Shown here: piece after piece, positions 35,886-35,887 of the stretch
Numbering within the stretch: the stretch's first letter is position 1
Layout: each line of letters starts with the position of its first letter
DNA from: an uncultured Clostridia bacterium
Lineage (GTDB): Bacteria; Aerophobota; Aerophobia; Aerophobales; B3-G15
Assembly: GCA_964482715.1 (NCBI GenBank)
Contig: CAYZYX010000019.1
Coordinates: 1 to 35,887 of the forward strand
DNA: 35,887 nt
Direction: 5' to 3'
Made by a program: the position numbers and the translations under genes
Notes under the pieces: model-generated
What the model was told of the DNA's origin: nothing
Seen by the model: only the letters and a program-made list of their open reading frames with translations
Database searches by the model: none

Positions 35886-35887
35886 AC

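Noticed and set aside
1-35887. CRISPR array, tRNA/rRNA, prophage, integrase or defence genes
   Set aside because: No regularly spaced repeats, no intergenic gap above about 250 bp, and no such protein motifs seen.

Overview
AT-rich, densely coding bacterial chromosome segment with no phage, transposase, CRISPR, rRNA or tRNA that I can recognise. Gene content (tungsten-type AOR, sugar catabolism, TRAP transporter, outer-membrane beta-barrel plus TPR protein) suggests an anaerobic, sugar-fermenting diderm; an Aerophobota-like candidate phylum is my guess only. (1) 139-9694: GntR/UTRA regulator heading a co-oriented catabolic operon: AOR, D-2-hydroxyacid dehydrogenase, a non-canonical DeoC-like aldolase, two FGGY kinases, a cupin (archaeal-type) phosphosugar isomerase and a Gfo/Idh/MocA dehydrogenase. 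(2) 9.7-20.8 kb: mixed genes (TIM-barrel epimerase, flavodoxin, small unknown gene plus CBS-PAS-GAF-GAF-PAS-HD-GYP phosphodiesterase, cysK, Fe-S aldo/keto reductase, galU, MOFRL glycerate kinase, EamA transporter), with two copies of an intergenic inverted-repeat element. (3) 20.9-26.4 kb: IclR, TRAP dctPQM and two DHDPS/NAL-family lyases. (4) 26.5-35.9 kb: DUF3108-like protein, a TPR protein plus TonB-receptor-like barrel with a repeated proline-rich insert, and a complete dnaE. Best leads: the uncharacterised sugar pathway with altered aldolase and AOR active-site motifs, the dispersed TIR element with a variable core, a bias to 16-bp promoter spacers, and the TPR/barrel pair.
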